Source of the DNA: Octopus sinensis
Taxonomy: Eukaryota
Length of the DNA: 64,000 bases
Assembly (NCBI RefSeq): GCF_006345805.1
Contig: NC_043004.1
Coordinates: 21,266,001 to 21,330,000 of the forward strand
Direction of reading: 5' to 3'
Under the pieces are notes generated by a model that worked only from the letters and a program-made list of their open reading frames with translations, was not told the DNA's origin and searched no databases. The position numbers were made by a program, and so were the translations under genes. The stretch's first letter is position 1; every line of letters begins with the position of its first letter. Of the stretch, positions 1 to 11,445 are shown in pieces.

Positions 1-1385
1 ATAAAGGTGATGTCAGGGAAGCAAATAAACTGTATTGGAATAGTCCCACCAAAGGATAAGAATGTAAGATCCTCTGATGCAGAAGATACATAAATATCTG
101 GGATTACTAAAATAAGATAAAATCAAAAGTACAGAAATGAAAGAAACCCTCAGCAATATTTTTCACAGAATAAAGAAGATGCTAAAACCCAAATTTAATG
201 TGAAAAACATCATACAAGCAATCAACAGAAGGGCAAAATCGTTATAAGTTATAAATCAGGTATCATTGAATGGATATGCTAAAGGGCAGCAGCAGGATAG
301 TGAAGAAGCAACTCACAATGCACAGGGGCATGCATCCCAATCTGATGTGAGCTGGTTATAATGGAAAAGAACAAAACGAAGAAAAGGTTAATGAAAATCA
401 AAATGATATTACATAAAACTAAAGAAGAGTATAGGTTCCTCTATGGAAGAAAAAGAAGAAACACTCCTTCTTAAAGTAACAAGTAAATAGCTATTTACAG
501 AATGTGTGAAATCCAAAAAGAGAAAATAAGAATAAGTAGAAAAAAAGGAAATCAAAGTTTCATGGAAAGCTTCGCTCAGCATTTTTAAGAACCAAAAAAA
601 AAAAATGAGGATAAGGGATGGCAAGAACAGCTGGCTACTGCTACAGAAAAAAAAACATACTGAAGAAAGAAACTGTAGGGTTGATCTTAGCAGCACAAGA
701 ATAGATTGAAACAAGAGCATGATAAATCAACAAGAGTGCTCACCCAAATGCAGAGTACACATTGAATCAGGAGAAAAGATAACTAGGCACAGGAGTGACT
801 GTGTGGTAAGTAGTTTGCTTACCAACCACATCATTCCAGGTTCAGTCCCACTGCGTGGCACCTTGGGCAAGTGTCTTCTACTATAGCCTCGGGCCAACCA
901 AAGCCTTAAGAGTGGATTTGGTAGACAGAAACTGAAAGAAGCCCATCGTATTTATGCATATATATGTATGTGTATATATTTGTGCGTCTGTGTTTGTCCC
1001 TCCCAACATCGCTTGACAACCGTAACTTAGCAGTTCGGCAAAAGAGACTAATAGAATAAGTACTAGGCTTACAAAGAATAAGTCCTGGGATCGATTTGCT
1101 CAACTAAAGGCAGTGCTCCAGCATGGCCACAGTCAAATGACTGAAACAAATAAAAGAATAAAGAGAGTAACATCGTATTGAAATGTCCATAGTTATATCA
1201 GCATGAATACAAAAGGTGTGCAACAAAAGTTTGGCTTTGCATACTCAGGAAAAAGGCATAACAATTTTGTGGGAAGAGAAATGCATGCCATCAAGAATAA
1301 TGAGCGTGGTTGTTGTGGGAACTTTTATAAACCATAAGGGAAATAGATCACAACAGGAAGGATATTGTAATTACTGAGAAACTTG
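1..1385 (+). pseudogene. Degenerate R4/Dong-like (restriction-like endonuclease, RLE) non-LTR retrotransposon fragment, interrupted by a SINE at 785-1165
   Basis: Manual translation across stops and frameshifts gives KYLGL (92-106), RIKKMLKPKFNVKNIIQAIN, LTMHRGMHP and CSPKCRV..ESGEK. After the SINE it resumes with NIVLKCP*LYQHEYKR and LWELL*TIREIDHNRKDIVI. These match motifs in the better-preserved copies at 5911-8065 and 20745-21715. Confidence 0.8.
785..1165 (+). mobile_element. SINE family A (tRNA-derived head), with a small internal deletion
   Basis: Head with A-box-like TGACTGTGTGG and B-box-like GGTTCAGTCCC, internal (AT/GT)n, 3' end ...ctgaaacaaataaaag. Homologous to several other copies in the window. 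Confidence 0.9.
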
Positions 1386-3294
1386 GTTTTGCAACTAAAA
1401 TGCACCACTAATTAACAATTGGCTTGGGAATTGAGTCTTCTGGCATGGGGGTCATCTGGCATGGAGTCAATTGGCATGGAGCAAGGGAATGAAGTCTTCT
1501 GGGTGGTGTGAATGACTATGAGTTCTCAGCAGACCTCCCAATATCAATAAACACAATCAGAAATCACCAGGAAAGAATGGTTTGAGGCCAGATATTGTAT
1601 TCCATTCAAGTTCATCAAAGTAACTAATTTTGAGTGTAATGGAAGAAGCACACATGTTCAAGATAAAAACTACATCAGTCTGACCAATAGTCTTAAAAGC
1701 AACACCAGAAACAGTAAAGAAATGTACCAGTCGATATGATTGAGAAGAAACTAAACGACCTCCATAGAATTTGAAAGCAACATTTTTGTATTTTAATCCT
1801 AAGGGAAGTAATTATGAATGAGATATTGTGGAAGTGTCGATATTTCTCTGCTACTGTGATAACTAATGTTATTTCTTCTTTAACTATAACTTTCAAAGCT
1901 TGGAGATTACATCTAGTTTTCAACCAGATGAAATCTCCAAGTGCTTTGAGTGCACAAGTCTCTGATATCCAAGTGGCTAAAAGTCTCAGGAGAAGGCCAC
2001 TTTGGAATCATGATCTGGATGTGACCTGACCTCCTTAGAGCATAAAAATTAAGGGCTGAAACACTTGATGGGGGGGTTTTATTCTCTGAAGACCTTCATT
2101 AATTCAGCTCTCTTGAGAATTTCTCACCACTATGTATATTAAATACACAAAGAGAAAGAGAGGGGGAAGGGGTAGTAAGGTTGTACATTAAGATGCAGAT
2201 GTGTCTACTTTTACAAGTACACAATTCTAAACAAATCTACATGCTAAATTCTGAGTTGAAATGAATTTTTCATTCAGTCTTATCTTCATTATCAGAAAAC
2301 AGAAACAAAAACAAAAAACAAAAACAAATTAGAATGAACACACACACACATGCATAAACTGTGATACATATATATGCACACCAGAGAAAATTTGTACACG
2401 TCAATACTTATTCCCTGCAGCTATTTTCTGCCAAGTGATGATTAAGCTATTGTAACCTTATTGCATTACTACAAAACATCTGGGTGGTACTTTTGTTGTA
2501 AAAATTATGTTTTTTGTCTAAGTGCTTTGCTCAGAACAATAAATTGAGCAATGTGTAATGTCAACACCTGTTTAATATAGCTTCCAGTCAAATTATTCGA
2601 AACATTTAAATTGAAAATTAAGTTGTTTCCTTTCATGCCTTTGCTTTTGTTTTAGTATTTTGTTTCTATAAATATGGAGGTTTTTAAGATTAAAATGTTG
2701 TCTTTACTACATCAGGAATTCTGTGAGTTGAACTAACTGAGAGTTGAACTGGTTCTGATGACTGTGGTGGTGGCATCGGAGACAATGATATGGTCATGTG
2801 GTTAAATTGTTGGGAATAAAGGCTCAAATGTACAAGTGAATTTTTGGGCCTATGACCAAACAGACCAAGAAGATTTCAATTACCTCTAGTCTTTGGTCAA
2901 CTCTGATTAAGCAAACTTATGATCCAACATGCTCCAACCATGACCATTCCATCCAAGAATCCCTTTATTTCAAGGGTTGGCTTTCAAGACAAATGGATTT
3001 GAGGTAGATATGGCTATAAGATCGACCAGGTCATGTGACTATTTAGTTGTTCTTTTTGAATATTTAACAGAACAATAAAAATGGTAGCAATCTTATAGGC
3101 AAGAGTATATGATAGTAGCAATGTAATTAATATAGACGCGTCTTGTCCGATCTGTGTGAAATTCAGGTGTTCTTTAACACTTTGTCTTGTGTAGGGAACT
3201 TTTCCAGGACACCATCTAGCAGCAAATTCCGTGTATAAATAAACACATCTACTGTGTATTTGCAGGCAACAATGCTTACATTACTGGAGCTGCT

Positions 3295-3505
3295 TTTTGT
3301 CTCAAGCCACCACTTTACAACTGGTATTGGTGTGTTTATGTCCCATAACTTAGTAGTTTAGCAAAAGAACAGGTAGAATAGGTACCGGGCTAAAAAAAAA
3401 AAACAAGTACCAAGGTCAATTTGTTCAACTAAAATTCTTCAAGTTGTTGTCTGAGCATGATGACAATGCAATGATTGAAACAAATGAAAGGTAAAAGATA
3501 AAAAA
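3295..3505 (+). mobile_element. Old diverged SINE A-related 3' half
   Basis: ggtattggtgtgtttatgtccc..taacttagtagtttagcaaaag..gaaacaaatgaaagg matches the 3' half of SINE A. Confidence 0.6.
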
Positions 3506-3577
3506 TATATATATAATACACACACACACACACACACTTATACCCCCCACACACGCACACATACACATATATATTTA

Positions 3578-4080
3578 TCAGGTTGAGTAAAAAAGTAAGC
3601 AACATTTTGAACTGTGAAGAATTTGTGCTTGATTTTTGCAGAATTAAAAATTTTTTAAAAACATTTTTGGCAATTGTCTGATAATACAGACATAGACATG
3701 TCCAAATGCATCAATAAATTAACATTGATATTTTGCTCACAGTTGTTATAATCACCTGAAATGGAACTATCAAAGTGCGATATTTGAGCAATTTTGTTAT
3801 TCAACTTCATAAAAAGACATAAAGCAACTGAAACTGCTCATGATATCAACGAAATGTTTAGTGAGGAAATGACCAGTGAGTGGTCAGCTTGAAAATGGTT
3901 TAAATGATTTCACAGTGGAGACCTGAGCCTTGAAGATCATGAGCATAGTTGATGCCCATCTGTCATCGATGATGGTTAATTAAAGACCATCATTGAGAAA
4001 GAGCCATATAAAAAACTCAACAAATGGGTGCCACACAATTTGAATGAAAATCAGAATGAAAATCAGAAAACTGATTTTAA
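3578..4080 (+). mobile_element. Mariner transposon 5' fragment (degenerate)
   Basis: TA followed by TIR-like tcaggttgagtaaaaaagt. ATG at 3761: MELSKCDI*AILLFNF, frameshift, then HKATETAHDINEMFSEEMTSEWSA*KWFK*FHSGDLSLEDHEHS*CPSVIDD, typical of a mariner HTH N-terminus. Confidence 0.8.
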
Positions 4081-4302
4081 GCATTCTTTATGAATTTAAT
4101 ATTTTTCATCTTAATGAACTGTTTGGCATTTTGTTAAATTAAGTTCCAAACTTTAGATCAGTAGTGTAAAGGTTAATTTAGTATAGCACTGATAAGACCA
4201 ATTAAAGTTGAAATACTTATAGGCAATTAGAATATTACAACAACAACAACAATAATTATTATTATTATTGTTATTGTTATTATCATTATTGATATTATTA
4301 AT

Positions 4303-4386
4303 ATTGAGTGAGAGAGCAGTGCATGCCATCAAAGTGACACTGGGTTAAATATATAAAGCCCAGTATACTCATCATGACCACCTGAT
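4303..4386 (-). mobile_element. 3' tip of non-autonomous element D
   Basis: attgagtgagagagcagtgcatgccatcaaagtgacactggg nearly identical to 27690 onward; (ATT)n on both sides. Confidence 0.85.
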
Positions 4387-4465
4387 TATTATTATTATTG
4401 TTAATCCTACTACTACTATTGTATGTTGTTCTATATTTAAGAGATGAGGAATTATGTACATTATT

Positions 4466-4700
4466 TATATTATTTACATTATTTACATTTGACAGATATT
4501 TGTCCTCATCTTGTTTGTTGTTAACACTTTCGGCTGATATACCCTCCAGCCTTCATCAGGTGTCTTGGGGGAATTTTGAACCTGGTTTCTCTTTCCTCAA
4601 GACACCTGATGAAGGCTGGAGGGTATATCAGCCGAAATGTTGTGTTAACAAACAAGATGAGGACAAATATCCGTCAAATGTAAATGATGTAAATAATGTA
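4466..4700. repeat. Inverted repeat, ~105-bp arms (4466-4572 / 4592-4700) with ~20-bp spacer
   Basis: Left ..gacagatatttgtcctcatcttgtttgttgttaacactttcggctgatataccctccagccttcatcaggtgtcttg is the near-perfect reverse complement of right caagacacctgatgaaggctggagggtatatcagccgaaatgttgtgttaacaaacaagatgaggacaaatatccgtc. Confidence 0.95.
4601..4646 (+). ncRNA. Minimal type I hammerhead ribozyme-like motif
   Basis: Stem I gacac (4601-4605)/gtgtt (4642-4646); CTGATGA (4606-4612); stem II ggctg/cagcc; GAAA (4634-4637); minimal stem III; UH = TT (4640-4641). Minimal hammerheads are established features of Penelope terminal repeats. Confidence 0.6.
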
Positions 4701-5910
4701 CTATCATACATGTTATTTTCATTTCTGTTATTATTTATACTTCCTTCAACTATAGTATCATTCAAATTCATCTCGGCATCAACAGATATTATGTCAGCAA
4801 ACACTGTGCTAATATAAACCTTGGAGTTACAGTCTATATTGTATATATTAGAAGTGTTAGTACTGCTGTTTCTATTTCCAATGTCACCATTAATATTATT
4901 CTCATTGTAAGGGTTTAATTTAGTGTTGACAGTAATATTATTATTATTACCACCTCTTCCTAATTTTATATTCTTTCTAATTAACCTTACTATGATGGTA
5001 CCCATATTGGGGAGGATATAATACGAGATTCTAACTGTCTTATGGGAAAAAATTCAGGGATGTTTTTTTCCCAAATTGCCATAAAATTCTTATATATGTT
5101 TGTGGATATGGTACAGTTGAAGGGAACGTTACACCAGATCAAATCATTATTTTCAGACCTCTTGCATATGTAAGGGCAGAATCTACCTGCTCTTTCTACG
5201 CCTCCCAAAATTGTGACTTGATTATTAGGTATGGCTCTATTACCAGTATTTTTCTTATCATTATAGGGTGGAGTAACCTGTCTAGTCGTCTTACTACTTT
5301 TATTATGTAAACTAATATTCCTACTTTTTATAGCATCTAATTCCCTATTTTAGCTTATTTCTTTATTTAAATTGATGGATTTGTTGGATGCTTTCCTAAT
5401 AGGTTTGTTTGCTCAACCAAGTAAGTTTGTCTTCCCCTCTCACTTAAAATCTCATTATTTCTACTATTATTAGGTGTTATACTTTCAGGATAAAGAAAAG
5501 TAATTTCATGGTCGTATCCTGCCTTAGACTAAGCGAAGTTGTAGTGGTGAGAATGAGTATTAAAAATGTCTTTATTAGCTGATAATTTTGTAATTCTTTT
5601 AGAAATACTTTTGATTACCGATTTTAACACATTAGTGGGGTGATTTGATAATTTGTTCACATACCTCGTAACTTCACTTGGTTTCCTGTATTGGTGGTAT
5701 AATCTTGAGTTAATGTCTAATGTAATATCTAAAAAACTTTCCACCTTTGTGCCATATTCAAACGTAATACCTATGTTGAAACCTTTAAAATATTTTCTAA
5801 TTATTTTCCTCATTCTTTCTATAACCGATTTGTTGTTGCTAGGGATAATAAATAGAGTATCATCTCTGTATAAACCTCCCTGCAATTCAGGGATTTCACT
5901 ATTAAGGCAC

Positions 5911-8062
5911 TCAGTTTTTGCTCAGTTTTTGGTAGGTATTGACAGATACATTTATATCGATTGGGACAGTCATATCAATGAGGAGGTATGATTTTTGTCT
6001 GAAGTTTTTCAATATAATGTCTGGCCTATTTGCATCTATCTTTCTGTCAGTTTGAATGGTGAAGTTCCAGAGGAGTGAGATGTGACCATTTTCAAGCACT
6101 GGAGGTGGTTTGTGTTCCCACCAGTTTTTTTATCATGGGGCAAGTCCAGGTTTTTGCAAATTACCCAGTGAATATACTATGCTGCTCTATCATGCTTGTT
6201 GACATATTCTGTAGGCACAAGAAGACTGCACATGGAGACAACATGATCAATGGTTTCATTTTGTTGTTGACATACACGACATGTTGGACTACTGCTGTTC
6301 TTTAATATGTTAGCCTGGTAGTTCTTTGTAAGTAGGCATTGATCATGGGCTGCAATAATAAACCCTTCTGTTTCTGATTTTAAGCCAGAAGCCATTAGTC
6401 ATTGATGGGTAAGGGCTTTGTCAGCATTGACATTATTTGCTGTCTTTGGGTATTGCCATTTATCAGTAAGAATATCTAAGGCAGTTTTAGCACAGGTTTT
6501 CATGTGCTTAGCATTTTCTGTACTTGTTTCTAGTGCATCTAATTCTGGAATTTGTTGTATTTGGAATTCACTTAGATATTCCTTTGTCTGTTTTATTACT
6601 GAGTATGATGCTTTCTTGTTTTCATGTTTTGAGACAAGTTTTAACATCTAGTCCTCAGAGTTTTTTAGGTAAGTGTCCAAGCTGATTGTAGCAATCTTCA
6701 TTGTTAATGCTAGTTGTAAATGTCCACGGCCTTCCTCTTTTCTTGGCAGATAATGTCGTTCTATATCTGCCTTAGGGTGGTGCATTCTATGCATTGTCAA
6801 TAATTTTCTGTCAAGATTACGTATTTCGGTAATTAACCAGTTAATGACATTGGAATTGTAAGTCATGACTGGTATGGCTAAAGCATTGATCACTTTGATC
6901 CTGTTTCTTGCATTCAGCACTGTCTTCAGTATTGCTCTCACCCTCCGATAACATTGTCTTCTGATCCTTTCTCTCATCACTGAATGTTTGATTCCATCCC
7001 CTTTAATTATCCCTAGGTATTTGTAGCCCTCCTCTGGTTCTAACTCTTTTATGACATTCTGCTGGTCAAGGTTAACGTTAGATATTTCTGTCATTTTCCC
7101 TTTGTTAAAGGTAGCTTTTGCACATTTATTGAGGCCAAATTACATCCTGATGTCATCACTGAATTGTTTAACAATTGCTAGTTAGCCCTTGAGTTGTTGG
7201 TCATTTTTTGCAAAGAGCTTTAAATCATCCATGTAAATGAGATGATTTATATTTTTATCAAGCATTTTATAACCACATTGTGCATCATTGAGCAATTTTG
7301 AGAGAGGTATTAAGGTTAGACAAAGGAGGAGTGGTAAGACTGAGTCACCCTGGAACATGCCACATGAAATTCTTGCATCACTAGCATTTAGAGATTCATT
7401 GTCACCGTTCAAAGTTAGTGTGGTTCTCTATGATCTCATACTTACAGACAAAAAGTTTCGCTGAGAAGGTACTATTTTATACATTTCCAGACATTTCTTA
7501 ATCCAGCTATGTGGTAGGCTATCAAAAGCATTTTTATAGTCTATCTAGGCTATTGACAAGTTTTTGTGTCATTTGTGACAATCTTCTAAGATCATCTTGT
7601 TGATGAGTAGCTGATCTTTACAACCATAGGATCCACGCTTACATCCTTTCTGTTCATTAGGGAATATGCTGCTGTCTGTTAAAAAACTATAGGTATATTC
7701 AGTCAGGACAGATGTTAGCGTTTTATATATAGTTGTTAAGCGGGTTATGGGTCTATAGTTTTTTGGTTCATTTGTTTCTTCACTTTTTGGAAGCAGGAAT
7801 GTTAACCCATTAACTAGCCAAGGAGGCATCCTACTAGGATGTTGCAAAACATCGTTGTAAAGTTTTGCTAGCAGTTCATGGCTCTCTGGGAAGGCATTCA
7901 ACCAGAAGTTAAGAATTTTATACTTTCCTGGAGACTTCCATTTACTTGACTTCTTGAGAGCAGATCTTCTACCTTGACACTCTCTCACTTTTGCTCCTCT
8001 AAGTCTGTAGATATTCTATCAATCAAAAGGGCCTTTTCATTGTGTGTTTTTCTTCTGCCCAA

Positions 8063-8065
<3 letters not shown>
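5911..8065 (-). pseudogene. 5'-truncated, frameshifted R4/Dong-like non-LTR retrotransposon (RT, Zn knuckle, RLE endonuclease)
   Basis: NYRPIT and EQKGCKRGSYGCKDQLLINK (7569-7988); YMDDLKLFAK (7182-7412); YKYLGI (6648-7094); ETEGFIIAAHDQ and CRVC..ETIDHVVSMC (6177-6395); WNFTIQTDRKIDANRPDI and LIDMTVP (5911-6099). (ATT)n abuts the 5' end. Confidence 0.92.
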
Positions 8066-8097
<32 letters not shown>

Positions 8098-8123
8098 AAG
8101 AAATCAACATTATTAATATTATT

Positions 8124-8350
8124 AGGGTGACAAGCTGGCAGAATCGTTAGCATGCTGAGCAAAATGCTTTGTGGTATTTTATCCATCTTTACATTCTGAG
8201 CTGAAATTCCACCGAGTTCAACTTTGCCTTCTATCCTTTCAGGGTTGATGAAATAAGTACCAGTTGCACACTGGGGTTGATATAATCAACTAGCTCCCTT
8301 TAAAAGTTTCAGGCCTTGTGCGTATAGTAAAAAGGATTATGATTATTATT
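8124..8350 (+). mobile_element. SINE family B (tRNA-like head, (ATT)n tail)
   Basis: gctggcagaatcgttagc head, ttctgagctgaaattcc B-box-like, ctttgccttctatcctttcagggttgat core, aaaaggattatgatt tail. Confidence 0.85.
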
Positions 8351-8379
8351 GTTATTGCTGTTGTTGTTATTATTATTAT

Positions 8380-8522
8380 AAATTCTGCTGAGGTCAATTT
8401 TGCTTTTCATCCTTTTCGTGGTGGGGGATGTCTCTAAATTAAGTACCAGTGAGACACTGGAGTTGATGTATTCAACTAGTCCCTCCCTCCAAATTGGAGG
8501 CCTTGTGCCTTTAGTAGAAAAG

Positions 8523-8552
<30 letters not shown>
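8380..8552 (+). mobile_element. SINE B, 5'-truncated
   Basis: Starts at aaattctgctgaggtc, contains the core and ends in (ATT)n. Confidence 0.8.
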
Positions 8553-8553
<1 letters not shown>

Positions 8554-10118
8554 GGAAATGGATAGACCAATCACAGCAATGCTCACAAGGAGTTAATTGT
8601 TCTAGTTAATGCCTTTAAAATCTTGCTGATGCCAAAATATCCTACATTCAAAATTATGGTGATGCAATATTTATCCACTAATTTAATGGCAACCACTTAA
8701 TTCATTTAAAATCATAATTACTACAGGTAATTAATTAGATAATTACCTAGTAGTTAATGCTATTAACCCTCTCAGGATGAAATCAAAGGTAATCCAGATG
8801 GGATTTGTTTAGACTTAAATCAATTAAGTCTAAGCTTCTATCATACTGCTGACTCATGACAAACAATAGTTAGTACTCTATACCTGGATAACATTTAATG
8901 CTCTATAATCAGATAATATTCCTTCAATATACAGGTGAGTGTAGGATTTCCTAATCTGGTAATCAACTATCCCTTTGATAATAAATCTTCCATAGTGATA
9001 TTCAAAATCAGTTGAGATTTAATTTCTTATTCAAACATTTCATCCTCATGTTTGAAATGAATTTTTGCTTCCCTTAGGTATGGTAGCACACCAATTTTGG
9101 GAACATTGCTGTTTGTGGTCACTGAACTTGCTACAGTTAACAACCAAATTTTTCCTTAAGTTACTTCCTTTCATCATAAAAATAATGGAAGGACACATTA
9201 GAAAATGTTTGTGTAATAAATGCAATGGTCTTTTAAAGAATATCTTTGATATAATGGTCCTCAATTTGAACTGATCAGTGCTAAGATCAACGACAGTGAT
9301 AAAAACAGCAATAACAATGATAACAGCAATAGCAACAATATTCGTTGAATGCAATTCATAAATTATTCCATATTAAATTAATGCTGTTTTACCATTATAT
9401 CCTTACATACAATGATCATCAGTTTTCACTTTTACCTTTGCAAATAAAATTTCTTTAAAAATCAAACAAAATCTAACACAGAAAAGGAAAGATGTATCGT
9501 TGACTTTTGATTTATTAATTGGCTTGCATGTGAAATAACATTTTCACTATATTATTATTTGAATAATAGTGACTCTCAAAACCAATTTACTATGAGGAGG
9601 GTTGGGAGAAGAAATGATGTTTAATGACTATTTTAATATCCGAATAAATTTATTTTTGAATTTCTCATAAATGACATAGCAATTTCATTCTTTGTTTTCA
9701 CTGTGAAAGAAACAGTTGTTTAGTTATTTTTTTCATATTTACTTTATTTTAGTAATATTGATATAATTATTGCTACTATTATTGATGTTGTTATTAATGT
9801 TCATATCTTTCTAGATATTGAATTTTATGTCAGCTGTATAATGTATCAGGATTTTATTTGCAGTCAGAAGTTTTTCTCAAAAGATTTTCCTTTTCGTTGT
9901 TATAGAAAATAGTCTGAATAGCATCTAATTTCTTTGCAAATATTAATGGCAGCATAAAAAGCTTCCTTTTGTGTCTTTTGTCTATAAACACCATTTCTGG
10001 ATGATTTGAAATATATTTTAGGTAGAGACAATTTATAAAGTGAAGGAAAGAAATGGTAAAAATATATGGACTGTCTTGCACAATATCACATCAATGAATT
10101 CCAAAATAAATGTATTAG

Positions 10119-10121
10119 ATA

Positions 10122-10166
<45 letters not shown>

Positions 10167-10532
10167 GGCAGTTTGTCTGTGCGTGTTTCTGTGTGTCTGT
10201 TTGCTTGTACCCTCACCCTGACCACGGCTTTCAACCGATTCTGATGAAACTTGACACATACATAGCCCAATGTCATAATTCAAAACTAACGCAGCGAAAA
10301 TTTTGAAAAGTTTCCCCAGTTCTGAAAAAATCGATAAATTCGACATGGGGTCGAGAATCAGAAACACAAACCGCAAACTGTCTAGGGGACGCAACTCCAC
10401 CTTTTTTTAACTAAAAAAAAAATTTACCATCATTTTTTTCCATTTTTTTGTTAATTTTTGGCTATAACTCTCTAAAAATGCTTTATAGTTATTTCCCTTA
10501 CAAACCTGAGCAACGCCGGGCGATACTGCTAG
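10119..10532 (+). mobile_element. Non-autonomous Helitron-like element H1
   Basis: Begins in (AT)n with tatatataaa; internal GTCT-rich stretch and aaccgattctgatgaaacttg; 3' imperfect GC hairpin cctgagcaacgccggg followed by CTAG (10529-10532) and T. The 5' boundary within the (AT)n is approximate. Confidence 0.7.
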
Positions 10533-10880
10533 TTTATATATAAAAGTGAAGTTGTGTGTCTGTCTCCTACGATTTAGATCCCTAACTACTCCCACATTTT
10601 GCGGTGCAGTGTAACCAAAAGCGGGTATCTTCTAGTCGTGATTCATATCGAGCCCTTCCGGGTATTAGCGCGCGTCTACGATGAGTCTACGATTTAAAAA
10701 AAAATTACCATCATGTTTTTCCATTTTAATGCATTTTTTTCGCTATTATATAAGGGAAGTAACTCTCTAAAAATGTCTACGATGAGTCAACGATTTAAAA
10801 AAAATTTACGATAATTTTTTTTCCAATTTTAATGCATTTTTTTGCTATATTTTGGCTATAACTCTCTGAAAATGCTTACA

Positions 10881-11282
10881 TTCTTCTTCTTCTTGTTTCA
10901 GTCATTTGACTGCGGCCATGCTGGAGCACCGCCTTTAGTCGAGCAAATCGACCCCAGGACTTATTCTTTGTAAGCCCAGTACTTATTCTATCGGTCTCTT
11001 TTGCCGAACCGCTAAGTAACGGGGACGTAACCACACCAGCATTGGTTGTCAAGCAATGCTATGGGGACAAACACAGACACACAAACACACACATATACAT
11101 ATATACACATACATATATACGACAGGCTTCTTTCAATTTCCGTCTACCAAATCCACTCACAAGTCATTGGTCGGCCCGGGGCTATAGTAGAAGACACTTG
11201 CCCAAGATGTCACGCAGTGGGACTGAACCCGGAACCATGTGGTTGGTTAGCAAGCTACTTACCACACAGCCACTCCTGCGCC
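10881..11282 (-). mobile_element. SINE A, full length
   Basis: Reverse complement of the family A head, body and tail. Confidence 0.92.
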
Positions 11283-11445
11283 ATTATATATATATATTCT
11301 CTCCCAATTTCGCAGTGTGTGTATGTGCATAAATAAATGTATTTACGGTAATGTATCCCATTGCTTAGGTTAAAATATTTCATTGATATATGTTTTGATG
11401 AAAGTCAGACCTGATAACAAGATTGCTTTACACCATTCAAGGCCT

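Larger units (their letters stand above)
4466..5910 (-). mobile_element. Penelope-like element fragment (RT C-terminal part plus terminal palindrome)
   Basis: ORF 5529-5885 has GLYRDD, FLDITLD, YRKP, SNHP..KSISKRI. ORF 4990-5208 has LIWCNVPFN..STNIYKNF. These are Penelope RT palm/thumb motifs. No GIY-YIG seen; the fragment ends in an inverted repeat. Confidence 0.85.

Noticed and set aside
785-860. tRNA gene calls for SINE A/B heads
   Set aside because: A/B-box-like motifs are present, but each continues into a shared SINE body and tail and I see no complete cloverleaf.
1540-2150. Complex unique-looking stretch that might be a retroelement relic
   Set aside because: No diagnostic motif in any frame I translated; the ctgaaac and ctgaaga motifs do not form a hammerhead.
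8809-8833. Short hairpins (10-bp stem here, 9-bp stem at ~57698-57719) as terminators
   Set aside because: AT-rich stems of this length are expected by chance, and intrinsic terminators are not relevant in this eukaryotic context.
8774-9275. Exon-like segments with good splice consensus (CAG|GTGAGT near 8931, cccttag| near 9077)
   Set aside because: No recognisable product and no consistent reading frame; not supportable without transcripts.
10342-10368. Faint resemblance of H1 sequence ggggtcgagaatcagaa to the satellite monomer (possible seed)
   Set aside because: Too short and gapped to distinguish from chance.
11042-11336. Recurring ORFs such as YDGLLSVSVYQIHSQGFGRPEAIVEDTCPRCHAVGLNPEP (also 23460, 34408, 34875, 59707)
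   Set aside because: These are antisense translations of SINE A copies, not a gene family.
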